Assembly (NCBI GenBank): GCA_964577145.1
Contig: CAZNXM010000006.1
Span: 878 to 64,877 of the forward strand
Direction: 5' to 3'
Length of the DNA stretch: 64,000 nt
DNA from: an uncultured Candidatus Poseidoniales archaeon
GTDB taxonomy: Archaea > Thermoplasmatota > Poseidoniia > Poseidoniales > Poseidoniaceae
Made by a program: the position numbers and the translations under genes. The notes under the pieces were generated by a model. The model did not search any database. It was not told the origin of the DNA and saw only the letters and a program-made list of their open reading frames with translations. Positions 1-8,982 of the stretch are shown one piece after another. Numbering within the stretch: position 1 is the first letter of the stretch; each line of letters starts with the position of its first letter.

Positions 1-1290
1 TATGGCGATGGATAGTAGTGCCATCAAGTTGAGTACGATTAACCACTTTAGCATTGTATCGCTGGTTAGCATTACGATTGCTCCCATAGCCTCAGTGAAT
101 GGCGAAGACATTGCTGAAGTCACGTGGCGAGATTCATCGAAAACGATGTAGAAATTTTCATTGTGGCGAGTAATGGTATTCGAAATCTCTTCATTCTCGA
201 TTTCCATCATGTCGCGCATTAATGCCATGAAGTACAATCCATTTCCATACCAAGAAGTATCACCTGCTTGATTGGATAATATATCATCCCAGCAATCATG
301 GTCAGTGTACAAATCAGATGTGCATTGCTGCTTTCCTGTAACCTCTGCATCAGCGAGGTCCCATAGGTGATTAGCAAAGACGGAATGGTCGGAAACGAAT
401 ACAATGCTTCCAGTAACTGAAACTTGACCTTCTCGGTCGCCCTTTACACGGTCGATTACTTCGATTCCTGGATAATCCATTCGGACAATCAATCCAGTAT
501 TATTTCCACCCATTGGGTCGTTCAAGAGATTGTTAACATTCATATCTACAGTAGCAAGGAATGCTGAACTCGATCCATGAGCGAGTACTTTCACGTTGCG
601 AGAAGGATCATCTTGGTCTAAAACCTGAACCGCAGTAGGTCTATGGAATAATACAGGCATTGCGCAATTGTCAACTCTGTCATTGCGTATGTCGTCTTCG
701 CTACATGGTGCTCGGTTTTCATTCTCGTCAGTCCAAACCTTGTTGACACCTGCAACAGACCAAAGTCTGCGCTGGTCATCTGGTTGGACCTCGCCAGTTT
801 GCTTTGCGACCTCATAGTAACGGTATGGATCTACAACTTGTGAATCGAAGAATTTGACACCGAATTCTGCTGCCACGGTCTGGGCATTTGTGGAATTTGA
901 AGCAATGATTACCTTGCCACCTTTCTCAGTAACAAACTCATGGATTGCATTTGCCTCTGCACTATCAAATGGTTTCTCTGGAGCAGCGATAACCAACATT
1001 GTACGATGAGGCTCTCTCCAATCATTAACCAGCATTGGTGTTGACATCGTATTTGCGACCTCATAGCCCATACCACCATTACCCGAACCAAGGTCGGCTC
1101 TCATGGTAGAGATTTGCTGGAATTGTAGGTTCTCATTTTCTGAATCTGTGACATAGGCTGAAAACACGGTATCTTTACCCATGGAAGTAATGACAATTAC
1201 AGAAGTTGAAAGCAATAGAGCCACGATGAATCCAATGAGCAACCAAGTCTCGAGCTTGATGCCCTCAGCCTCTGTGTCTGCCATTTTCAT
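1..1290 (-). CDS. Membrane-anchored hypothetical protein, 3' end runs off the window: N-terminal TM helix, large extracytoplasmic domain (DUF4350-like 'LVIAAPEKPF...GGKVIIASN' pattern), second hydrophobic segment near the window edge
   Basis: My own translation of the minus strand from ATG at 1290/1284 gives over 430 aa with no stop down to position 1. The ORF track misses it because it has no stop inside the window. The listed small ORFs at 219-1384 are shadows of this gene. Confidence 0.5.
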   Translation of the reverse strand, partial: MKMADTEAEGIKLETWLLIGFIVALLLSTSVIVITSMGKDTVFSAYVTDSENENLQFQQISTMRADLGSGNGGMGYEVANTMSTPMLVNDWREPHRTMLVIAAPEKPFDSAEANAIHEFVTEKGGKVIIASNSTNAQTVAAEFGVKFFDSQVVDPYRYYEVAKQTGEVQPDDQRRLWSVAGVNKVWTDENENRAPCSEDDIRNDRVDNCAMPVLFHRPTAVQVLDQDDPSRNVKVLAHGSSSAFLATVDMNVNNLLNDPMGGNNTGLIVRMDYPGIEVIDRVKGDREGQVSVTGSIVFVSDHSVFANHLWDLADAEVTGKQQCTSDLYTDHDCWDDILSNQAGDTSWYGNGLYFMALMRDMMEIENEEISNTITRHNENFYIVFDESRHVTSAMSSPFTEAMGAIVMLTSDTMLKWLIVLNLMALLSIAI

Positions 1291-1433
1291 CAACTCCAAT
1301 GCGGCGCGTGCAATAATGCAACACCCGTCGCATCTTCGCTCCACTCATATAGGTTCTCTAAGTATGATTGAGGGGCATTATTGAGTATCATACCGATATT
1401 AGGAATATCACGCGGTATGTTTTCTAACAGTAG

Positions 1434-2390
1434 TCAGTATTTCCTTCGGGAAATTGCAGCAAAAATTACACACAAAATACCTGAAATCAGAGAAGGCGCA
1501 GGGAGTGAACTCGACTCCACATCATAGTTCGATATGCTTCCATTTGAGGTGTCATCATTCGCATCACTAATGGGGTCGTCTGCTTCGGGTGATTCAACTT
1601 TGAATTCCAATTCTGAAGTACTCACCTTTCCCGAACCCTCGCTCACAACCGAAACCACGAGAGTACATGTTTTCTCATGGTGGCTAGAGGACGCCATTAT
1701 CTTGAGACCAGCCTCCACTGAAGCAGATAGTCCAATACTAACATTGCTCATTTCTGATGTGAACTCAGAACCCATCTGTGGGCATCCTCGAAAACTCGCA
1801 CTCGCATCTGCAATTGCGTCAACACTATTTCCTGTGTTTTCAACCTTCACGAGCAGGCTTTCACTTGTACCAGACTTTACTATTACACTTGACGAACCTT
1901 CTACAGGCATTATTGTGACTACCATATCATGAACAGTAGAAAATTGTAGATCTCTATCGATTTCATTCTCCCCCACGTTCTGCTCAGCAACCAATCGGAT
2001 TGCTTTCAATGAAAGTGTAGCATATATCGAATCCGCTGAAAACAGATCACCAGTCGAATCAACTCCGCTTCCAGTAATTATCAAATTCATCGTCTCATTT
2101 GAATTAGCCTCAACAGTTATTTTCCCGGGATCATCGACTTCAAAGCCATCAACTCCTGAAACCTCAAAGTCAAGGTCGATAGGGGTTGGATGTGAATTTG
2201 AAACCCAGAAGATTATTGTCAACTCAAAATCATAATCTTCGTCGAGTTCCATTATCACTGGACTATCTTCGGTTTCCCAACCGATTTCCCAATTTGGTGC
2301 CTCTGCTTGTGCGCTCGACAGAGGTACGGCCAAAGAAGACAAAACAAGAAGAGCACAAAGGATTCGTTTCACATAAATCACTCCTTGCAA
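1434..2390 (-). CDS. Secreted/surface protein with N-terminal signal peptide and C-terminal TM anchor plus basic tail (…LISGILCVIFAAISRRKY)
   Basis: 318-aa ORF; hydrophobic N-terminus followed by an AQA-like cleavage context; acidic mature domain; C-terminal hydrophobic helix followed by RRKY. Confidence 0.55.
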   Translation of the reverse strand: MQGVIYVKRILCALLVLSSLAVPLSSAQAEAPNWEIGWETEDSPVIMELDEDYDFELTIIFWVSNSHPTPIDLDFEVSGVDGFEVDDPGKITVEANSNETMNLIITGSGVDSTGDLFSADSIYATLSLKAIRLVAEQNVGENEIDRDLQFSTVHDMVVTIMPVEGSSSVIVKSGTSESLLVKVENTGNSVDAIADASASFRGCPQMGSEFTSEMSNVSIGLSASVEAGLKIMASSSHHEKTCTLVVSVVSEGSGKVSTSELEFKVESPEADDPISDANDDTSNGSISNYDVESSSLPAPSLISGILCVIFAAISRRKY

Positions 2391-3319
2391 GCCCTCTTGA
2401 TTAGTACCTTCAGCATGTTTCGCCTATACCTTGGTGGAAGTGCTGTGTTGTTAACAGGTTTTACCTCTTTGTAAACCGCATCAGCAAGTGCTTTGATATC
2501 TCCTGCAGATTCTGCAACCTGCTCATCATGCCTTCGTGGAATGCTTTCCAAAGCAGTTGTTGCAAGCCTAAGTGTACTCTTTTCTCCTTCCTTCCACGCT
2601 GCTGCAACTCCAGCTTCAGGGAAATCCCAAGATTCACGGACTCTGAGTTTTTGATAGGACCCTGTGTACTGTACTGCGTCGCTAGGAAGGGAAATTTTGA
2701 GGACGAACTCTCCTGGCTTCAACACGTTTCGCGTCATTCCGTCGAGTTGGTAAAAATCATGCAGAAGCATTTCTCTTCCACCCTCTGGGCCGATTAAATG
2801 GATTGTAGCATCCAATACCATTAGTGCTGGTGCTAGGTCTCCTTGGTAGGTTGCAACACATAGTTCATTCTGATTTGGAATAACTCTACAGTCAGCCCCT
2901 GTTCCACAATCACATTTGTGACACCAATCGATACTGGACCTCCACTCTTCGGTTTGATTGAACCAGAAACATCGAGTATCCAGACATATATTGCCTCCTA
3001 AGGTTGCACTTCGACGAATGAGAGAAGATGCAACCTTACCTGCAGCCATAGCGATGAGTGGATGAACATCACCACTTTCGGCGATATCTTGGAGTCTTGC
3101 CATACAACCGATCTCGGTCATAGAAATCGTTGCTGCATCCAACCCAACAAGGGAGATTACATGCGGCTTGGTATTGATGTGCCACTTGTAATTGGGAATG
3201 AGGTCGGTACCGCCAGCAATCCAATCAAATTCTTCGCCAGCAGACATCAACTTAGCCGCAATGGCGCAAGCCTCCTCGACAGAAGTAGGGTTGTGAAGTT
3301 CAAATGGAGGCATCAACAT
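2378..3319 (-). CDS. FAD-binding medium subunit of a xanthine-dehydrogenase/CO-dehydrogenase-family molybdoenzyme (CoxM/CutB-like)
   Basis: 313 aa; 'AGGTDLIPNYKWHI' FAD-binding (PCMH-type) signature; 4-nt overlap with the upstream large subunit. Confidence 0.8.
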   Translation of the reverse strand: MLMPPFELHNPTSVEEACAIAAKLMSAGEEFDWIAGGTDLIPNYKWHINTKPHVISLVGLDAATISMTEIGCMARLQDIAESGDVHPLIAMAAGKVASSLIRRSATLGGNICLDTRCFWFNQTEEWRSSIDWCHKCDCGTGADCRVIPNQNELCVATYQGDLAPALMVLDATIHLIGPEGGREMLLHDFYQLDGMTRNVLKPGEFVLKISLPSDAVQYTGSYQKLRVRESWDFPEAGVAAAWKEGEKSTLRLATTALESIPRRHDEQVAESAGDIKALADAVYKEVKPVNNTALPPRYRRNMLKVLIKRACKE

Positions 3320-6123
3320 CAGTTATCCCCTCCCATTTTGCGTTGCTCTTCTTTGAGCCAAGCAGTTCCTGCAAGGCCTAGGTCTTCCATTTGTTCTGGG
3401 GTTGGTTTTGTAGATGCGACCCAACCTTCTGCCTGATATTCAAGAAGGAGACTTGAATCTAGGCCGAATAAGACACCATTTGCATATGCATCGATATCCT
3501 CTAGCCTCTGGCGCCTGCTGTCCCTATCCTCATGTACTTCTGCACGGGCTAGCAACTTATCTTGTAATGGCGAGAGGTCAAGTCGAGGAGTTGGAAGATT
3601 CTCCGGGTCATCAATACCTTCGAGTTTCATCTTCTTCGCAATTGCCGCCCATACCTTGTCTGGAGTCAATGGAAGGTCATTGATTCTAATTCCAATCGCG
3701 TCATAAACCGCATTGACAACTGCTGGAAGAATTGGGAGAAGTGGCCCTTCGCCGGCTTCTTTTGCGCCGAATGGCCCTTCCGGGTCACATGATTCAATGA
3801 GGATGGGAGTTACATTTGGCATCTCGTGTACACTTGGGATTTTGTAATCCAATAGATTCGGATTTTGTAGGTGGCCGGTTCTTCCATACACCATTTGTTC
3901 CGAAAGAACCTGTCCAAGACCCATGTGACATGAGCCGATAATTTGACCTTCAACTGCTAAGGGGTTGAGGGCCTTTCCACAATCATGTGCAGCCCAGACA
4001 TCGGTACATGAAATCATACCAGTTTCAACATCTACATCTACTTCTGCAACATATGCCGAAAAGGAATATGCTGGTGCTAAACCTGCAGCTGCTCCCTTGT
4101 GAACGCCACCCATTGGCGGGCTTCTATATGCACCACTAGCGATGAGAGCGCCCTTATCCTCTTGGGCTTTGTGAAGAGCCTCAAGGTATGAGATGCCAAT
4201 CGCTGGATTGTGCTTGTTGTAGATTCTGCGATCGTTTAGAATTAAATTTGTAGATTGGTCTCCAAGAATCGCATGCGCTGCTTCTAGCAACTCGTCCTTG
4301 ATTTCAAGTGCAGCACGAATTGCTGCATTTGCATTCATGAAGGTAACACGAGATGAATATGACCCGAGGTCAACTGGGCTAGTATCACTCTCATGACTAC
4401 GAACGTGGATCATTTCAATAGGTAAAGCAAGGACTTCAGCCACGACTTGAGCAATTGCAGTAGTCGAACCTTGGCCAATATCAGCAGCACCGGTGTGTAC
4501 TGTTACTCCACCATCCATGTCTACCTGAATGTGAACGGTTGCATGAGGGAAATTGTGCGGGTCCCAATGGATAGGTAGACCAGAGCCAGAGATGAAGAAA
4601 CCGCAACCAATTCCTATGCCTTTTCCAAGTGGTAATTTACGGAATTTATCTTTCCAATTTGATTGGCTGCGAACTTCATGTAAGGCTTGGCGCATACCAT
4701 TTGAAGTAATACGGAAACCTGTAATTGTACTAGAATTTGGAGGTAACAAATTTGCCAGACGCAGGTCGAATGGGTCAACCTGTAATTGTTCAGCCATATC
4801 ATCGAGTCCAACCTCGATAGCACAACGAGTATTTACTGCACCATGCCCCCTCATTGCACCACTTGCTGGCTTATTGGTCCAGACCCTAGCCCCAGTATAG
4901 TAGAAACTTCCCAATTCATATGGGGCTGTTGCTAGAACTCCGTTGTAGTATGAAGTGACATGGCCAAAGGAGGCAAATCCTCCGCCATCGATTAGGGCAT
5001 CGATATCAAACCCAGATATTCTAGCGTCCTCATCAGCATACATCTGTACTTCGATTCTACTTGGGTGGCGGCCACGATTAACCCAAAATACCTCTTCTCG
5101 GTCAAATGTAATTCGTACTGGCTTTCCTGATTTACGTGCTAATATTGCTGCACACATCTCATGGGGAAATGGGTCGGACTTGCCTCCGAATCCACCACCG
5201 ACAAAGGTTCGTATCACGTTGACTTGGTGCATTGGTACATCGAGAACTGTCGCTAATGCTCGGTGGGCATAATGAGGAACTTGCTGTGGAGTATAGAGTT
5301 GAAGACGACCATTGGAATCCCAATGTGCAACTACTGCATGAGGCTCGGTAAAACCATGGTTTACTCCCATGAATTTCCATTTTCCATTGTACATAGCCTT
5401 TGGATCCTCAACCTTTGAGCGGTCACCGAATTCTTGGAATACACGCTTCTGAACATTCGTGTTTCCAACATGATATTGCCCTCTCCAATGGATAGGTTCG
5501 TCCACATCTTCTAGGCCCTTGCGCATATCATGAATCGAGTCTAACACCTCATATTCGACACTGATTAAGGCGGCGGCTTCTCTTGCTGTAGCTTCATCTA
5601 CCGCTGCGACACACGCAACTAGATCTCCTACATGTCGAACCTTCTCAACTGCCATAGCATGCTCATCCTTTGTTACTGGAAGAACTCCGAAACTATTGGG
5701 TGCATCAGCACCTGTTGCAACTGCTAATACTCCAGGTAATGCTTCAGCAGCACTGGTATCAACCGATTTGACTTTTGCATAATGATGTGGAGAGCGAACG
5801 ATACGGCCAATGATTTCACCGGGAAGACGGACATCGTCTCCATACCAAGCCTGCCCTGTCACCTTGGCATTTCCATCGACGAGCGGCGTTCTCTTTCCAA
5901 CAGTAGTTCCAGTACGGGCACTATCATGGATATGGGCTCCTGCAGGCTGTTTCTCACGCCCTCCTTCCATCTCTGGGATGTAATCGAGATCTCGCTCAGC
6001 CATATCTGGCCTTGAACCTCCAGAGCCCGGTGGAGAGAAGGTCTGCTTTCCTGCAACCCGCTTTCCATCGATTCGCTTCTCGGAGGTCCCGCCTCCTGGT
6101 TGCTGTCTGTATCCTCCAGCCAT
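3319..6123 (-). CDS. Molybdopterin-binding large subunit of an XDH/CODH-family molybdoenzyme (CoxL/CutA-like); substrate unknown
   Basis: The ORF is open to 6195, but ATG at 6123 (MAGGYRQQ…) abuts the small-subunit stop. GGGFGGK motif; aldehyde oxidase/xanthine dehydrogenase a/b hammerhead and Mo-binding regions. Active-site loop reads AMRGHGA, which is neither the form I AYRCSFR nor the form II AYRGAGR CODH motif. Confidence 0.85.
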   Translation of the reverse strand: MAGGYRQQPGGGTSEKRIDGKRVAGKQTFSPPGSGGSRPDMAERDLDYIPEMEGGREKQPAGAHIHDSARTGTTVGKRTPLVDGNAKVTGQAWYGDDVRLPGEIIGRIVRSPHHYAKVKSVDTSAAEALPGVLAVATGADAPNSFGVLPVTKDEHAMAVEKVRHVGDLVACVAAVDEATAREAAALISVEYEVLDSIHDMRKGLEDVDEPIHWRGQYHVGNTNVQKRVFQEFGDRSKVEDPKAMYNGKWKFMGVNHGFTEPHAVVAHWDSNGRLQLYTPQQVPHYAHRALATVLDVPMHQVNVIRTFVGGGFGGKSDPFPHEMCAAILARKSGKPVRITFDREEVFWVNRGRHPSRIEVQMYADEDARISGFDIDALIDGGGFASFGHVTSYYNGVLATAPYELGSFYYTGARVWTNKPASGAMRGHGAVNTRCAIEVGLDDMAEQLQVDPFDLRLANLLPPNSSTITGFRITSNGMRQALHEVRSQSNWKDKFRKLPLGKGIGIGCGFFISGSGLPIHWDPHNFPHATVHIQVDMDGGVTVHTGAADIGQGSTTAIAQVVAEVLALPIEMIHVRSHESDTSPVDLGSYSSRVTFMNANAAIRAALEIKDELLEAAHAILGDQSTNLILNDRRIYNKHNPAIGISYLEALHKAQEDKGALIASGAYRSPPMGGVHKGAAAGLAPAYSFSAYVAEVDVDVETGMISCTDVWAAHDCGKALNPLAVEGQIIGSCHMGLGQVLSEQMVYGRTGHLQNPNLLDYKIPSVHEMPNVTPILIESCDPEGPFGAKEAGEGPLLPILPAVVNAVYDAIGIRINDLPLTPDKVWAAIAKKMKLEGIDDPENLPTPRLDLSPLQDKLLARAEVHEDRDSRRQRLEDIDAYANGVLFGLDSSLLLEYQAEGWVASTKPTPEQMEDLGLAGTAWLKEEQRKMGGDN

Positions 6124-6127
6124 GAAA

Positions 6128-6730
6128 TCAACTCTTTTGGCCCGAAGGTGATTCTGGGTTATCTGGTCCAGAAGGATGGGGGTCAGGGTGAGCATCGCTC
6201 ATCGGCGGATTTGATTCTACTTCGCCACGATGAATCGCTGCTGCTGCCTGAATTGATTCAATAATTTGCTGATAGCCTGTGCAGCGACAAAGGTTTCCTT
6301 CAATCGCACAAGCAACCTCTGTATCTGTGGGGTTTGAATTATTGTTTAGTAGAGCTTGTGATGTAATCAAAAACCCAGGTGTACAAAAACCACATTGTGA
6401 GCCGCCATGCTCGGTGAAGCATTGCTGAATTGGCGCGAGGTGAGCACCGTCAGAAAGGCCTTCTACAGTAGTAACTGAACGACCTTCAGCTTCGCTTGCC
6501 ATCATCAAGCAAGAAAGGCGTGGTACGCCGTCTATCATCACCGTACAGCATCCACAAGTGCCCATATCACAGCCCCGTTTTACTCCAAGTGTTCCCACTT
6601 TATCTCTAAGGACATCGAGTAAAATTGAATTTGATGGTGCAAGAACCTCGTAATCCTGCCCATTTACTTCGGCTTTCCAAATTCGATTAGGCAACACTGG
6701 AATCATCGCGATGTGTTCATCACCAACCAT
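6128..6730 (-). CDS. [2Fe-2S] small subunit of the XDH/CODH-family molybdoenzyme (CoxS-like)
   Basis: 200 aa; plant-ferredoxin-type 'CDMGTCGCCTV' and second cluster 'CGFCTPG…CRCTGY' motifs. Confidence 0.85.
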   Translation of the reverse strand: MVGDEHIAMIPVLPNRIWKAEVNGQDYEVLAPSNSILLDVLRDKVGTLGVKRGCDMGTCGCCTVMIDGVPRLSCLMMASEAEGRSVTTVEGLSDGAHLAPIQQCFTEHGGSQCGFCTPGFLITSQALLNNNSNPTDTEVACAIEGNLCRCTGYQQIIESIQAAAAIHRGEVESNPPMSDAHPDPHPSGPDNPESPSGQKS

Positions 6731-6998
6731 TCTTAGGCACCTACGGTGCCACCGAAGACGAAGCCCTCTTTCAGCATTGGCCCACTTATGCTAGATTTTA
6801 TTGGACGGCTTTACTGGTATTTCGTAGTGAAATAGCATCGTGAACATCAATACATATGCCCTGTTCAGTCCACTCTTGACATCTGTCCCAGCATCTGCCG
6901 AAATATCCAATTTACAAAGTATTCTGAATTTTCAACAAAACCACCAGAAGCGAGGATTCAAAGAAGGTGGCTGAGTCGCGCGGAGCGCGGTGAAGGAG

Positions 6999-8912
6999 AT
7001 GAACACTCTCAAGCGATTACTCAGTATATCTGCACTCGTACTTTTGGTAACTCCAATGCTGGTTGCAACAATCCCTGTTGCAGCCGAGCAAAACGAGGAG
7101 CCTGTTGGCTGGTGGACTGAAACAACCGTGGACCGTGATGGAAACGGTGTAGGTGACATGGTAGAGCGCTACATGTACCATCCCTTATTCCTTGACGATG
7201 ATGGGAGAATTTCTTTGATCTTTGATTTTGATCACACTCCTACTGCCGATGATATTACGATGTTAACATTCGAAGTTGATTATGAGCACCAATTCAACCT
7301 TCCTGGAATCGATGCTGTAGCGGGAACTATTCCTGTTGTTGAGATTCTGGATGCCAGAGACCTCCCCGGTATCGTAATGATTGAACTTGATGGAATTCTC
7401 GAAGTCACAAATGGTGATGCACGAGTAGGACACGGGGTTGACGTTGCATTCGAAGAGACCGGATATGATGGTTCAGGTACTACAGTGGCCATCATCGATA
7501 CTGGACTCGATGGCCTCCATGTAAGCATTGACGATATGGATGATGACAACTCAACAGATGACCCCAAGATTCTCGGATTTTATGATGCTGTAAACAATGC
7601 TAGCAACACCAATGGTACCGATTTCCCTTACGATGACCACGGGCATGGTTCGCATTGTGGAGGAACTACTGCGGGTACTGGAGCTCCAGACTACGAACAT
7701 GTAGGAATGGCTCCACAAGCACATCTCGTTGGTGTCAAAGTTCTCGACGGTGGAGGTTCTGGAAGTTTCGCTGGAGTTATGGCTGGAATGCAATGGACTA
7801 TCGATACCATGCACAATTACAATACTCGGGCTGCATCTATGAGCCTAGGTGGTCCAGGTGCTATTGAATGGACTTCATCAGAAGAAGACAGTGTTAACCG
7901 CATGGCTAATGAAATGGTTCGAAGTGGAATTGCACTCTTTATCGCAGCAGGAAATAGTGCCGTAAGTGCACAAATAGGCACTCCAGGTTCTGCAGAAGAT
8001 GTCATCACGGTTGGTGCGCTTGACAAGGACACTGGTATTGCACCATATTCTAGCCAAGGACCAACTGAAGAGGGGAGAGTCAAACCAAATATCGCTTACA
8101 TGGGCAGTAGCATCATGTCTGTAGCTGCTAATACTGGAGATGGTTATACCGCCATGAGTGGCACGAGTATGGCCACCCCTGGGGCTGCTGGAGTTGGAGC
8201 CTTGATGTTCCAAGCTGACCCGGACCTCTCTCCTTTCGATATTCGAAATATCATGCAGGAAACCGCTACTTATCGTCAATGCCATTACATGGCAAAGAAT
8301 GAGCCATGCGCAGAGGATTTAATTCCAAAGAATCGCCAAAATAACGTCTATGGCCATGGTCATACAAATGCCTATGAGTCTGTAATGGAGGCTGCGCAGC
8401 GTTCATTCACTTTCAACAAAAATATCACTCTAACATTAACTAGTCAGGCAAGTATGAATGGGCACATACACCTCTTGCCGGGAGATTCTATTCGCGTCGA
8501 AGTAACCGAAGGTACTGATACCGTTCAATGGATGAGTAATGACCTGCGAGATGGATGGTCCAATATCCATTCGTACGAACACGGTGATGTAGTATCTCTC
8601 ACATACGAAGAAATCGCACATGAACTCGAACACTTACCCGGTACTGAACTCGCTGGCAATCACACCCTCTCAATGCGTGGAATTGAAGGTACTAGTTCAA
8701 GCCCATTAATCACATTCGATATTATGCTAGGTGAGCCCACAACTATCACCGAAGAGGAAGCCTCTCAATCTAACCTCCTTCTCTGGGGATCTTTGACAGC
8801 AGCGATATTGCTCACCATTATTCTCGTAGTTGCAACTATGAAAAACGATAATGCTCAGTACATTCTTACCGATGATGATATCGATGAAGTGGTCGAAGCA
8901 GAGTTGCAATAA
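6999..8912 (+). CDS. Subtilisin-like serine protease (peptidase S8, halolysin-like), secreted, with C-terminal TM anchor and acidic cytoplasmic tail
   Basis: Catalytic triad motifs DTGLDG, HGHGSHCGGT and GTSMATP. The track start at 6990 is GTG; ATG at 6999 is preceded by AAGGAG (6993-6998). Signal peptide; C-terminal TM then DDDIDEVVEAELQ. Confidence 0.85.
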   Translation: MNTLKRLLSISALVLLVTPMLVATIPVAAEQNEEPVGWWTETTVDRDGNGVGDMVERYMYHPLFLDDDGRISLIFDFDHTPTADDITMLTFEVDYEHQFNLPGIDAVAGTIPVVEILDARDLPGIVMIELDGILEVTNGDARVGHGVDVAFEETGYDGSGTTVAIIDTGLDGLHVSIDDMDDDNSTDDPKILGFYDAVNNASNTNGTDFPYDDHGHGSHCGGTTAGTGAPDYEHVGMAPQAHLVGVKVLDGGGSGSFAGVMAGMQWTIDTMHNYNTRAASMSLGGPGAIEWTSSEEDSVNRMANEMVRSGIALFIAAGNSAVSAQIGTPGSAEDVITVGALDKDTGIAPYSSQGPTEEGRVKPNIAYMGSSIMSVAANTGDGYTAMSGTSMATPGAAGVGALMFQADPDLSPFDIRNIMQETATYRQCHYMAKNEPCAEDLIPKNRQNNVYGHGHTNAYESVMEAAQRSFTFNKNITLTLTSQASMNGHIHLLPGDSIRVEVTEGTDTVQWMSNDLRDGWSNIHSYEHGDVVSLTYEEIAHELEHLPGTELAGNHTLSMRGIEGTSSSPLITFDIMLGEPTTITEEEASQSNLLLWGSLTAAILLTIILVVATMKNDNAQYILTDDDIDEVVEAELQ

Positions 8913-8982
8913 TATCGTTGCACACTCTATATTGCCGGGCCAACTTTCAATAGGTTTGTAGTTAGGTGTATCGCTGAGAAAC

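Noticed and set aside
1181-1384. 67-aa plus-strand ORF and the small minus ORFs at 219-1091
   Set aside because: They overlap a long uninterrupted minus-strand frame (1-1290) that encodes a coherent membrane protein. The track lacks that gene only because it has no in-window stop.
1534-1932. 132-aa plus-strand ORF
   Set aside because: It is antisense to the 1434-2390 secreted-protein gene, which has a signal peptide and C-terminal anchor. It has low-complexity S/T composition.
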